From contig NW_025765303.1 of the NCBI RefSeq assembly GCF_003918875.1, positions 868,001 to 932,000 of the forward strand: a stretch of 64,000 nt of DNA, given 5' to 3'. The stretch is from Haliotis rubra. Taxonomy: Eukaryota. This document shows, one piece after another, positions 53,397 to 64,000 of the stretch. A program made the position numbers and the translations under genes. Numbering within the stretch: position 1 is the stretch's first letter; the number at the start of each line of letters is the position of its first letter. The notes under the pieces were generated by a model. It was not told the DNA's origin, searched no databases, and was given only the letters and a program-made list of their open reading frames with translations.

Positions 53397-53954
53397 AACA
53401 CAAATCAGCCAACCACTTACTATCATACATTCACAGCTACCCCGTCATCCACAATAGTAGACAAAATGCTCTCTCTCGTTGCCAAGCGACCCCACTGAAA
53501 TATTTACTTTATCGAATTTATTGAATTCCCAAGCAAATATCTGCAACTCGTTGTGCTGAGCGTTCAGAAGAAGCAGTGAATTATTATATCAATTTTTAGG
53601 AGCTACTTAGAATTTATATATGCTTGTTTTCATGGTTCTTAGGCGTTATGTTTACCACATCAGTGTGTGTGTGTATGCCCCCAAGCCAATCAAACCTGTA
53701 TCAACTTGCCCAACGATAAAGCGTCAGTATGCGATCTTCTGAAGTAAGTAATTAACAAATAGCTGCATCATGTTTATAAATATTTATACAACACCTAGGA
53801 TATATTGGTGCAAGTGCAGTATTGTGAAAAAGCTGTTGTAAAATCGATGTATACAATATCCGAGAGGAGAAGGGCATTGGGTTTGAGCGCGTGATGATTG
53901 TGAGCTGTTGTCGAAATTGTTGCTGTCAGATGGTGTGTAAGGTCATGATCACTT

Positions 53955-54149
53955 GACGTGGGGTAGCCTAGTGGTTAAAGCGTTTGCTCGTCAAGCTGAA
54001 GACCCGGGTTCAATTCCCCACACGGGTACAATGTGTGAAGCCAACTTCTGGTGTCCTCCGCCATGATATTGCTGGAATATTGCTAAAAGTGGCGCAAAAC
54101 TAAACTCACTCCTTGTTTTCAGCCACTGTCTCTCATTCACTCACTCACT
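53955..54149 (+). mobile_element. SINE family A with extra 3' segment and second tail
   Basis: Standard body, then CCTTGTTTTCAGCCACTGTC, then a new TCATTCACTCACTCAC tail. Confidence 0.85.
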
Positions 54150-54680
54150 TCTTCTAAGTGTGATCGCTTTCGTTGATAACGTTTGACAGTACTATAACAT
54201 ATTTGTTCATACGATCACGCTGAACTTGGGTACTTTCGGTTCGTTGATAACTAAACAGTTTGAAAACCAAATCCTCAGTATAACATAAAACGCTTAATTC
54301 ATTAACATCATATTCAACCATGATGAGAAAGATGAATAGTGAGCAAGTATAGATAAAACAGAAGTCTGAATACGACTTTCTACAGTCAGTAGCTGAGTGA
54401 GTGAATGGGATTTAATGCCGCATTTGAATAGGATACACTTAAAACCACGGTTTTACAAATGAATACAGCTTAAGCTGACCGATCTGCTACTCATGCGAAC
54501 CCGTGATGACGCTTGGATACAGCAAGCGGATACTGTAACGTCAAAGGGAGGCAATTCTAACATCCTCTGATCAATCCGCGCCCTCAAAAGGTCTTAATAG
54601 CTGTACAGATCAACCAAAAGTTACTTCTTAAGAAAGTGTCGCTGGTGGCCCAATAGCTTAATGTGTCTCAGTTGACAGTG

Positions 54681-55147
54681 ACCCGTGAAGATCCGGGTTA
54701 GAATTGGTCTTCAGTAACCAATACTTATCGTAAGAGGCGACTAACGGGATCTGCTGGCAAGACTCGCTGACTTGATTAACACATATCATCGTTGAATGAG
54801 GACAATTTTTTCAAAAGCAAGTGGAACAATAGATGAGGGTTGTATAAATATCTCATGTATATAATCACCCAAATTACTTCTCATGTACCACTTGCTTGAC
54901 AACGACATTAGAATCTATGTCGAAATGTCGCATATACAGAATAAAGAAGTTGTATATCCATAAAAATTCTTCATCTCCTCAACTTCTTGAATGGCAATCA
55001 AAGACAACATGTCATTGTATCCCAACTGCGTAAATCGATGCTTGTGAAGTCATCACTGGATTGACTGGCCCAGACTCCATTAGTTACAGACCACCGCCAT
55101 ATAGATGGAATATTGCATTGTGCGGCGTTATAAACAACAAACAAACA
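54681..55147 (+). mobile_element. Family B copy split by a Penelope-like insertion
   Basis: Head at 54681-54792; body resumes near 55007 with a duplicated ACAT(A/G)TCAT(C/T)GT. Confidence 0.8.
54893..54965 (+). ncRNA. Minimal hammerhead, U3-A8 variant, in a Penelope-like end
   Basis: TGC-TTGACAA-C-GACAT-TAGAATCT-ATGTC-GAAA-TGTC-GCA, then AATAAAGAAGTTGTATATCCATAA. Confidence 0.65.
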
Positions 55148-56441
55148 ATTTACAGTTCCTTGGGTCTCAACCATGATTCTAGTGTCGCCTGGATCATGAC
55201 CCATCATGCTCGTGGTGGTCACCATGGGCTGAGCTTCTGAGATATGTATCACTTTCTAAATAATCCCAAATAAACCATTTTCACAGGAAATGAAGTGCAG
55301 CGTACCTACTGCTTCAAGACTCCCCGGTGACCCTGGCACCGTGACACAGCACTTTCACCACCGATAATCATTCCATGAAATCAATAAGTCTGAGGCAATA
55401 CTACTGTTGGTTGGATGTCAGAAACACAGACCTATGACAGAGGCAAAGCAACGAGTTTCGAATTGATCCGCACGATACCTCAGAATCATTGAATTTTTGT
55501 TTAACCACAATGCATTTTTCTTTAACCGGAAGTGAGACGAACCATGACTGACACATCCAACGTATTTCATAAGTAGTAATCGATACCATATTGGTATTGC
55601 ACAATGTAGATTTTTTTCATAATTTTCGAGTAATATCCGTACAATTTCACTTAACGTTCTATTTCAAAAGGCTGTGTTTCATCGAAAAGGACGTGTGAAT
55701 ATGTTAGTTAAGGGTTCGGCGATGCGTAGCGTTCGTAACTAAAGCAAGGAGAAGGCATTGAGGTACCGGGCGTAACTATGCAATACAATTATCCCTTAGA
55801 CAAGGTAGCATTATAAACATCATCGGTTGTCGATCCTTTCTTTGAGTCTAACGGGTTCCATTTGAGTGACTATTCGATTGGCGCTACAGTTTACAGGTGT
55901 TAACGTATCATTGCAATAAATGGTAAATGATAAATGCCAGCTATGTACGTCAATGCCTATTACTTGCAGAGACTGATATGGTACGCTTGAGGTAACATCA
56001 TGACATGGTAGAGTAAACGATTCTTGACAGCGAAGGGTAGTTTTTGTCAGTCGGTGCAAGATCATTCTGATTGATTCTTTGGCGGAGAAACATTGATTTT
56101 CCGTCTTTGCTAATTTTACGATTCAAGGAAGCGTTCACGATTATTAAACTTACGGGTTGGATTAAGTAATACTCTAACACCATTAAAACACAACTTTGGC
56201 GTGAAATGTTGGTCTGGAGAAAAAAAGGTTGAGAGAAAGACATGCGGATACTTATGAAGAAGAAGACGATGAATAGGTTGACGATGGTTATCAAAACCAT
56301 TGTAATGTGAGAATAATGTTGACGAAATTTAGACGCTGTACAAAACTCCGACTATTCTTATTCCATTCTCCACAGTGACAATTCCGTTTCAAACCCATTC
56401 CGGCGTAAAACCGCCATGACGTCCCATCCGACTTGTTGTCT

Positions 56442-56455
56442 GTTGCCATGGCGAC
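56442..56455. promoter_or_regulatory. RFX X-box-like palindrome
   Basis: GTTGCCATGGCGAC; a second variant GTTGCTGTGACGAC lies near 56556. Confidence 0.4.
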
Positions 56456-57529
56456 ACGCATGACACGACTGTTGTCTCATGTGTACACCTGTCGCTAGGC
56501 GGATGATGCTTTTGAGTGGTCCAGAAGCATTTAAATCAATTCCAGTTCAATCCCCGTTGCTGTGACGACCATACTAACACACTTCTCGCATTATACCAAG
56601 GGTTAGAGACAATATTTGGACAAGATAGCAAATGAATAAGCTATCATATGCGCTCCATCTTTGCGACACGTCTTCTGAAATATTCATATGACATCAATTT
56701 TTAGAAGCTTGATAATTTGTTCGCGGGACAATGTTTGACAAAAGTTCTAAGCTCAAGCGCGTGGCAAACAAACTGAATGTAAACAGTCGCTTCGCCATCA
56801 ATGGAAGAGACAGGATATTCTTTAATCTACCTCCAATGGTCGGGATAATGAGACCATTATGATGGTTTGGACAAAGCATCCCAAAGAAACGCTTCGGGAT
56901 CTAGCATTCATCTCAAGAAGGAAATGAATTGAAATGTGTCTGTTTTAAATACCATACGTAAACCCATCGACAGTTAAGGTTAGGGTCAAATCGAAATGGA
57001 GGGAAAACGACGCATTATTTTGGTGAGGATCACCTCATAGGGATATAATTCGACATCGTGAAAATTATTTTTCAATTTTGACGTCTTCGCACCAGGAAAG
57101 GGTATCCTAAATAACGATAGGATTAGGGGAAGAAGGGGAAACATTCCTTTCTTCGAGGATTGCGGGTGTTTGGTTTTTTTGTTGTTTTTGTTTTAAAATT
57201 TAATTATCTAAATATCATCGTGTTACTAGCACTAAATTAACAATGCGACAATTGAGCGTCGAAGAAACTAGGAAAGTATTATTCTAACCAAATTTCATTT
57301 CAAGGATGAATCGTCGTTAAGATCAAGCTTCGCGGATCGATTACTCAGTATTGACATATTCACAAGAAACGTTCCCATTTAAACATTTACAATGCAACCT
57401 GAACATTGAGATATATCAAATAAATATCGTTTCAGCTGCATCGAGTTTCAAAACAGAGACATGCGTATGCGATGAAGGGGTGTACGCATCTCAAGAAGCG
57501 AACTGGACTCTCCTTGAAATTCTAACACT

Positions 57530-57730
57530 GCTCTCAAAAATACCTAGCTGCCTTACGGTGGTCTGTAAATTAGCTAGTGTGGACCAGACAATCCAGGGAT
57601 TGGCATCATGGGCAGACAGGTGCGTTAATCAAGCCGGCGACTCAGATAAACCAATCCGGTTGGTCACCTCTTAAGATAAGCATGCATAGGTACGTTGCTG
57701 ATGACCAAAACTTGAAACAGACCTTCAGGG
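57530..57730 (-). mobile_element. Family B, highly degenerate
   Basis: GGTCTGTAAAT...GGACCAGACAATCCAG...ACCTTCAGGG. Confidence 0.55.
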
Positions 57731-57851
57731 AGGGCCTGGCTTAAAGACTTCCAGTTGATATAAGAAACTTTATAAGCCCAATATTAATCAGGTCATGCCG
57801 TTGAGGTATAATAATTTGTTATTTTGGCATTGCTTTTTAGACACTAGTCGA

Positions 57852-57999
57852 GAGTGAGTGAGTGAGTTTAGTTTTACGAGCTTTTTGCAATATTCCAGCA
57901 ATATGAAGGCGGGGGACCCCAGAAATGGGCTTCACACATTGTACCCATGTGGGGAATCGAACCTGGGTCTTCAGCGTCACGAGCGAACGCTTTAACCAT
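57852..57999 (-). mobile_element. SINE family A
   Basis: Reverse copy with (GAGT)n tail. Confidence 0.88.
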
Positions 58000-58814
58000 T
58001 GAGCAGTCTGCCACTACAAAGAGAGGCAGATGTCAGAGTTATCCCTAACACAAGACAGGTTTGTTCACCAATATATATATTTCTGCTTTTTGGAGATCAG
58101 AATAAGTTTTATACAAATACACCCCATACATTAAAACAACAACAGTTGGTTTCTTAGTAAACATTGTCCATATTGACAGCTCGTCTCTTTGATGTTTTAT
58201 ATCTTCTCTGTTGTTTTACTCTACACACGTGCTGAGTTTGTTTTGAATAGCCGCTAAGTACATCGATGAAATCTTTATACACGCCACGCTTTGGACACAC
58301 TGGACAAAAGGATGTCGGTGACCCCAATCTGATCTCCTTGCGCGCTCTCCTTTCCTGTAATTCCAGAGAGTTCCGGTCAGCGCCTGTCCATGCCAATCAG
58401 ATGGACACTGGTCACGTGGTATTGACTTCGGGATCAATTACATGATTCTACCTGCGTATTAATTTGCAAGGTTAGTATGATGGCCAGGACTGATTGGACG
58501 GGTTTGGAAATCTTTGACACGTCTAGGCTTCTCCGGTAGTATTAATGTTGTGTTGTATCGTGCAGGTGGACATAAAATCAGTCAATTAACTATATCATGA
58601 CCTGGATTAAACACGACACGAACGTCCCCAAGAATGTTTATTTTTTGAGTAAACAAAACATAAACGTAAACACCTTGAAACGTCTACAAGATAATAAAAA
58701 CGTAGAAATTACACATCAGCTCTGTTTGCAAACAAATTAACGGCAACTGCCAATGAAACATCTGATATCATAATCTGAGAATGGAATTACATATCGGAAT
58801 CATCGACACATATA

Positions 58815-59064
58815 CTGTCGTAAGTCTATGTTACAGAAAGGGCGGTGGGGTAGCTTAATGGTTAAGGCGTTCGCTCGTAGCGCCGATGACCCGGGCTCGA
58901 TTCCACACACGGGTACAACGTGTGCAGCCCATTTCTGGTGTTCCCCGCCGTGATATTGCTGGAACATTGCTTTAAAGCAGCGTAAAACAAAACTCACACA
59001 CTGTGTTACATTATAGGAGGTACGACAGTCATGGCTTACGATAGCTTTGTGAAACGGGGCCCAG
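58815..59064. mobile_element. Palindromic MITE interrupted by a SINE family A copy (58840-59001, +)
   Basis: GTCGTAAGTCTATGTTACA [SINE, TSD TGTTACA] TTATAGGAGGTACGAC...GCTTTGTGAAACGGGGCCCAG. Confidence 0.8.
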
Positions 59065-60089
59065 TCCTCAAGCTCATGATGGTATCACTGGGATTAAAGG
59101 GTCCGTGTGGTGCTTCTTTTGATGGAAGGTACCTCGGACAAATCCAGACGAGAATATTTCAACACAGTGGAAGCACAAATCAGAGGATGCCCGTATGTCC
59201 AATGACGGACAGTCACTTAGACTAACTAACACTTAGCCCCTAAATATATAAATAATTTTGATAGTAACAAATAAACACATTTAAATTGAAAAGGGGCCTC
59301 AGTGTGTTTGGGAAGTAGGGAAAATAATGTGGTTCAGGGACTGTGAGACAGACTAACACTCACCGTATATGCCTGTCCCTTGGATTTCATCCCTATCGCC
59401 TGGCTGAATCACACATAAGAAAGTGGTCAGTATGAACGATATTTAACGTTTTCTAAATCTTTGTTGTTTCACCTAACTGTCCAAATGATTTCAGAACAAC
59501 AGAATCTGGTTAGTCCAGCACGTATTGAATCAGGCGCATTTTGAAACTATTGCCTCAAATTCAAACATGACTACAAGGCAAACAAGAAACCTTTCTATCT
59601 ATTCGCAAACAAGTATAATCTATAAAATTTAGCTTTTTTCTCAGCATATATCCACTTACAGTGTTACTACGTTTTTGTTTTGTTTTAAAAGGAACATCCT
59701 CATACCAAGATGGTAATGAGCGTTTTTGTCATAAATAAACAAACACATAAATCAAGAAAATAGTGGTCGGTTGTGTTTACATAATTCCGTAATTCATGAG
59801 CTAACCGGGTCCCTGTTCAGCGCTATGCTTGTGACGTTACTAACAGTGACGTTCTATTTGTGACGTCAAACAATACTATGACGTTACTTTAGAGATTACA
59901 AAGTACGTTGCGGCACTGATCTCACAGCTCGTTCCCGACTCCTTGTGTGCGTTGCAGCCTTATACTGCCCCACGCTAATGACTTAGCATTACTCAGCTGT
60001 CATATTTTAGCAGAAAATTTACATACACGTATTAAAACCCCAGCAACCCCAGAACCAAACCAGTCCCGTACAATCAGACCAAAAATAGC

Positions 60090-60251
60090 GTGAGTGATTG
60101 TGTTTTACGCCGCTTTTAGCAATATTTCAGCAATATCGCAGCGATGGACACCACAAATGGGCTTCACACATTGTACCCACGGGGTGATTCGAACCCGGGT
60201 CTTCGGCGTGACGAGCGAACGTTTTAACAACTAGGCTACCCCATCGCCCCC
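60090..60251 (-). mobile_element. SINE family A
   Basis: Reverse copy with A/B boxes. Confidence 0.88.
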
Positions 60252-60755
60252 CACACAAAATAAATAAACAAACAAACAAACTCACCTTTATTAAACTCAG
60301 TGCGATGCTGTTTAATGGGTTTGCTTTCCAGTTTGTTCAGCAAAATTTAAAATGAAAATATCATTTTTATGGCAACATATCAAAGTGACCCAGCGCAAGC
60401 TATCCGAAGGGATTCGGTACATTCACGTGGAACACATTATGCCGTTCTCACATGTATGACAGTTTGTGTTGTGCAGTGATTACAAAATCACATTATCAAT
60501 AATTACTTTTAATCGATGTGTTTCAAAGTATGGGCGTGATGAATAAAAGATTTGACTGAAAGTTTGTTGTAGGTTAATATCCTATAATTTGGAACCTGAT
60601 TCTTCTATGTTATGAAGGATTGGGACTAACCACTGAGCTTATCTACCAACACTGAAGTTCACTATTATTCTGCATTTCAGCATAATATATACAGTGGGCA
60701 GCCTTTTGGAGAATTGTATAACTTTCCGAGAACAATTTACTTGCTTTTACTTGTA

Positions 60756-61101
60756 TGAAGTGAAGTGAAGTGAAATGGGGTTTGACGTCGTACTTAAAAT
60801 ATTTTCGCGCATATGACGACGTTCAAGCGTGTGTCGCTGCTTGTACTAGCCCAGACTAATGTTAGTTTTATAGTGCTAGCTCACTGAGATACCATGCCGC
60901 AATTAAGCATGAATACCCCACTCAGACACATTATGCTGACTCTGAGCCGACCAGTCATTCTTGTACCCATTAATGCCGAGCGCCAGGCAGGGACCAACAA
61001 GTACCATATTTTAACGTCTTTTGGTATGACGGGGCAGGGATCGAACCCGCGACCTTCCGCCCTCCGGACGGACGCTCTAACCACTACACCACGGAGGCGG
61101 G
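60756..61101 (-). mobile_element. tRNA-headed SINE family C (Meta/Deu-domain-like body)
   Basis: Minus strand: GTGGTGTAGTGGTTAGAGCG...GGTTCGATCCC, GTCATACCAAAAGACGTTAAAATATGGTAC...CCTGCCTGGCGCTCGGCATTAA...CAGTGAGCTAGCACTATAAAA, (TTCAC)n tail. Domain naming is from recall and was not searched. Confidence 0.8.
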
Positions 61102-61187
61102 TTTTTTTAAAGGAAATCCCAGAGTTGGTAATATAAGTCATTCTTCGATGAGAGTCACTTTGGAAATACGGAAATTCGGGGCATGTT

Positions 61188-61427
61188 AGGGCGGTGGTGT
61201 ACCCTAGTGGTTTAAACGTTCGCACGTCACACCGAAAAACACCGTGTCCAAAATACGTCGGAAAGCGCACGTTAAATTCCGAATCATCATCATCACCGAA
61301 AAACAGGGTTCGATTCCCCATATGGGTACATTGTATGGAGCCCATTTCTGATGTCTCCTGTCGTGATGTTGGTGGGATTGTGCTAAAACCGGCGAAACCC
61401 TACACTCAGTAACACACTCACTCACTC
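61188..61427 (+). mobile_element. SINE family A with internal insertion
   Basis: Head split by about 50 bp flanked by duplicated TCACCGAAAAACA. Confidence 0.75.
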
Positions 61428-61581
61428 GAGGCTTATTTATGATTACAAATAAGTATGTATATTCAGCACTAACTAGGCCTTGTTGAAAGATATATTTTGA
61501 GTCATACACCGATGTGTAGCATTGTGTTTCATGTCTTTGAGTGGCATTCAGGAAGCTGGTATGATGAACAGGGACGATTTT

Positions 61582-61655
61582 ATTATGGATAGACAACTTC
61601 TGTATTACAATAGATGCAACATTTCGGTGTGGATGATAACACCGTTATCAAGCAT
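61582..61655 (-). ncRNA. Minimal hammerhead, U3-A8 variant, in a Penelope-like end
   Basis: Minus strand ATGC-TTGATAA-C-GGTGT-TATCATCC-ACACC-GAAA-TGTT-GCAT, then AATACAGAAGTTGTCTATCCATAA. The matching inverted end AAGTTGTCTATCCATAA is near 62043. Confidence 0.65.
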
Positions 61656-61797
61656 TTGATACACAACATTATGCACAAGGAGAACATGCACATGAAGGGT
61701 ATTTGAGTTCATACAATTGAAGAGGTTGATGTACAGTGTGGTGGCATTACTGATAGTTGTTGTGATAATAAATAATGGTATAAAGCCAGATAGACAA

Positions 61798-62034
61798 AAT
61801 AATAATAATAGTACGCTTATATGGCGCTCATATCCAGGCACATTGCCTGCTCACGGCGCTACGTACATTGCTATCCCCGGTCATAGGACACAATCGTACT
61901 TCCGATACTTGTTCAACTCCCTGGGGATCAGGCGCAATGAACTAAACACTCACGTTGCCAGCACATCCACACGGGTCCCATTTTACAGCTGGGTAAACTG
62001 TGACAAGGTGGATCTAAGTATCTTGTCCAAAGGG
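61798..62034 (-). mobile_element. CORE-SINE-like remnant with L2-type tail
   Basis: Minus strand TTGGACAAGATACTTA...CAGTTTACCCAGCTGTAAAATGGG (CORE-like), ending GCGCCATATAAG...TATTATTATT. Confidence 0.65.
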
Positions 62035-62794
62035 TAGTCTATAAGTTGTCTATCCATAAAAAACCGTTCATGTTCATTAAAAATAATGAGAATATTTATA
62101 ACACGCCTTTCCCATGCTGGATATCCTGCTCAAGGCCCACAGTTTTCATTGTTTCATTGACGTGGTCATATTTATTTAATGAAGGAGAAACATGATATAA
62201 CTGAGTTTTCATAAATTTCTTTCTTTCTTAAATCTCGAAAAGATGTTATGAATTTATCAATGCATGTGACCCTTCACGAATTGTGTACTCCCTGACGTTT
62301 AACCACTGCGTTCGGTTGCCATGGCGATTGGAATAAGTCACCAACTGCCTGTATATGGTCATCATTGGTTATGGGTTTGTCTAGGGCTTTATACGGACGG
62401 CTGCTGTTGTTTGGATCCCACGGTGAGACAGTAGAACAAGGCAGTTTCTCATCATTGTAATTGCACCACACGGATCGATGAATTATTTATCGATGAGGAA
62501 ACATCCCCCATCGCCCCGTGTGCTACCTGTATCACGTGACAGGCGCCTGACACGCGTCACGTGACCCATACAAAGGTGAATGCCGCCATCTTTATTGATG
62601 TGAGGTGTAAATCTGTTTGTTCACTGGAGTGTTGAAGGTTAAAGGAGAGGGGATAAACGGATGGTACAAACAAGTGTTGCGGTGGGAACAACATTACGTT
62701 GGTTTTCCAGTTTATTCCATATGTTCATAAATCACGAACTGTTTTAAGATAATACGCCAGTATGGTCAGAAAGAGACTCGTTCGTACATATCAT

Positions 62795-62958
62795 GAGTGA
62801 GTGAGTATGATTTTACGCCGCTTTTAGCAATATTCCAGCAATATCACGAAGGGGGACACCAGAAATGGGCTTCACATATTGTACCCATGTGGGGAATCGA
62901 ACCTGGGTCTTCAACACGACGACCTGACGCTTTAACCACTAGGCTACCCCACCGCCCC
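62795..62958 (-). mobile_element. SINE family A
   Basis: Reverse copy; TSD TCGTACA(T/C)ATCAT. Confidence 0.9.
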
Positions 62959-63259
62959 TCGTACACATCATACGTTATGCAACTTAAAATACGTTGATAA
63001 AATGCGACGTAAGCCAAATATGATAGTTTCTCGAACCAAGTTCGACAATGTCTGATATCATATTCGATAGTCTCTGTAAGCCATAAGCGATAGTATCTGT
63101 AAACCATAAGCGATAGTCTCTGTATACCATAAGCTATAGTCTCTGAATACCAGGTGCAGTAATGTCTGTATACCACATGCAATAGTTTCTGTGAACAAAC
63201 GTGCGAAAGAGCCATTATCTCATATTAAATACTCTCGGCTCGGAGCCATTTGGGATAGT

Positions 63260-63572
63260 ACCGGTGAAGATCCAGCTTCAGTCTGGGCTAGTACAAGCAG
63301 CCGCACATTACACACGCATGCACGTCGTCATATGAATTAGTCTTAAATCCAGTTTCACCTCACCTCATGCTTGTCGTAAGAGGCGACTGCTTGTCGTAAC
63401 GGGATCGGGCGGTCAGACTCGCTGACTTGGTTGACACATGTCATCGTGTCCCAGTTGTGTAGATCGATGCCCATGATGTTGATCACTGGGTTGTCTGGTC
63501 CAGACTCGATTATTTACTGACCGCCGTCATACGCCTGGAATGTTGCTTAGTGCGGCTCTAAACCAACCAACC
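63260..63572 (+). mobile_element. Family B copy with a family C 3' fragment nested in its head
   Basis: ACCGGTGAAGATCC, then AGTCTGGGCTAGTACAAGCAG...CGTCGTCATATG...(TCACC)n, then CATGCTTGTCGTAAGAGGCGAC and the normal body. Confidence 0.8.
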
Positions 63573-63823
63573 ATATGCGATAGGTTTTGTATAACAACTT
63601 TTCGAGTGGTTGTCTCTGAATACCACGTTCGATGGCATCTATATATCTGCTGTGGTCTACACAAAATGCAGTGTTGGTTATATATGAAGAATTATATCAC
63701 AGGCATGGACGAAGAGGTACTTGTCACACAGAGGTGAACGGTGAACACGACCCATGAGATGGACTGGAGTAGTGTATGAGTGAGTGGATGAGTTTAACGC
63801 TGCTTTGAAATTAAGAAGTTAAA

Positions 63824-64000
63824 ACACGTTACATGTGGGGGTGAGGACACGTTATGTGTTATGGCTAGAACACGTTATGTGTGATGGTTAGAACACGTTA
63901 TGGGTGATGGCTAGAACACGTTATGTGTGGTGGTGGTGATTAGATTACGTATGGGTGATGATACAACACGTTATGTGTTATGATTAGAACACGTTATGTG
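63824..64000. repeat. ~23-bp minisatellite running off the window end
   Basis: Unit AGAACACGTTATGTGTGATGG(T/C)T. Confidence 0.85.

Overview
Eukaryotic, AT-rich, repeat-dense genomic DNA from an animal. The mir-8 arm sequences and SINE types suggest a lophotrochozoan, probably a gastropod such as abalone (inference). No prokaryotic features are present. The only well-supported gene is a mir-8 (miR-200 family) hairpin on the minus strand at 6832-6892. It has an apparent dedicated TATA(-31)/Initiator promoter at 7416-7450 inside a CpG-rich island. It appears to lie in an intron of a minus-strand protein-coding gene, of which one coding exon (10375-10545) is visible. The rest is non-coding and filled with mobile DNA: many tRNA-headed SINE copies; a second short retroelement with no tRNA head whose 5' end folds into a covarying pseudoknotted structure; Penelope-like remnants carrying minimal hammerhead ribozymes (canonical C3-G8 and variant U3-A8 cores); a young but decayed IS630-Tc1-mariner (DD82E/Sailor-like) transposon with 253-bp TIRs; a truncated LINE; hAT and palindromic MITEs; and several minisatellites. 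The very long ORFs at 37-41 kb are satellite artefacts. There is one assembly gap (18174-18337).
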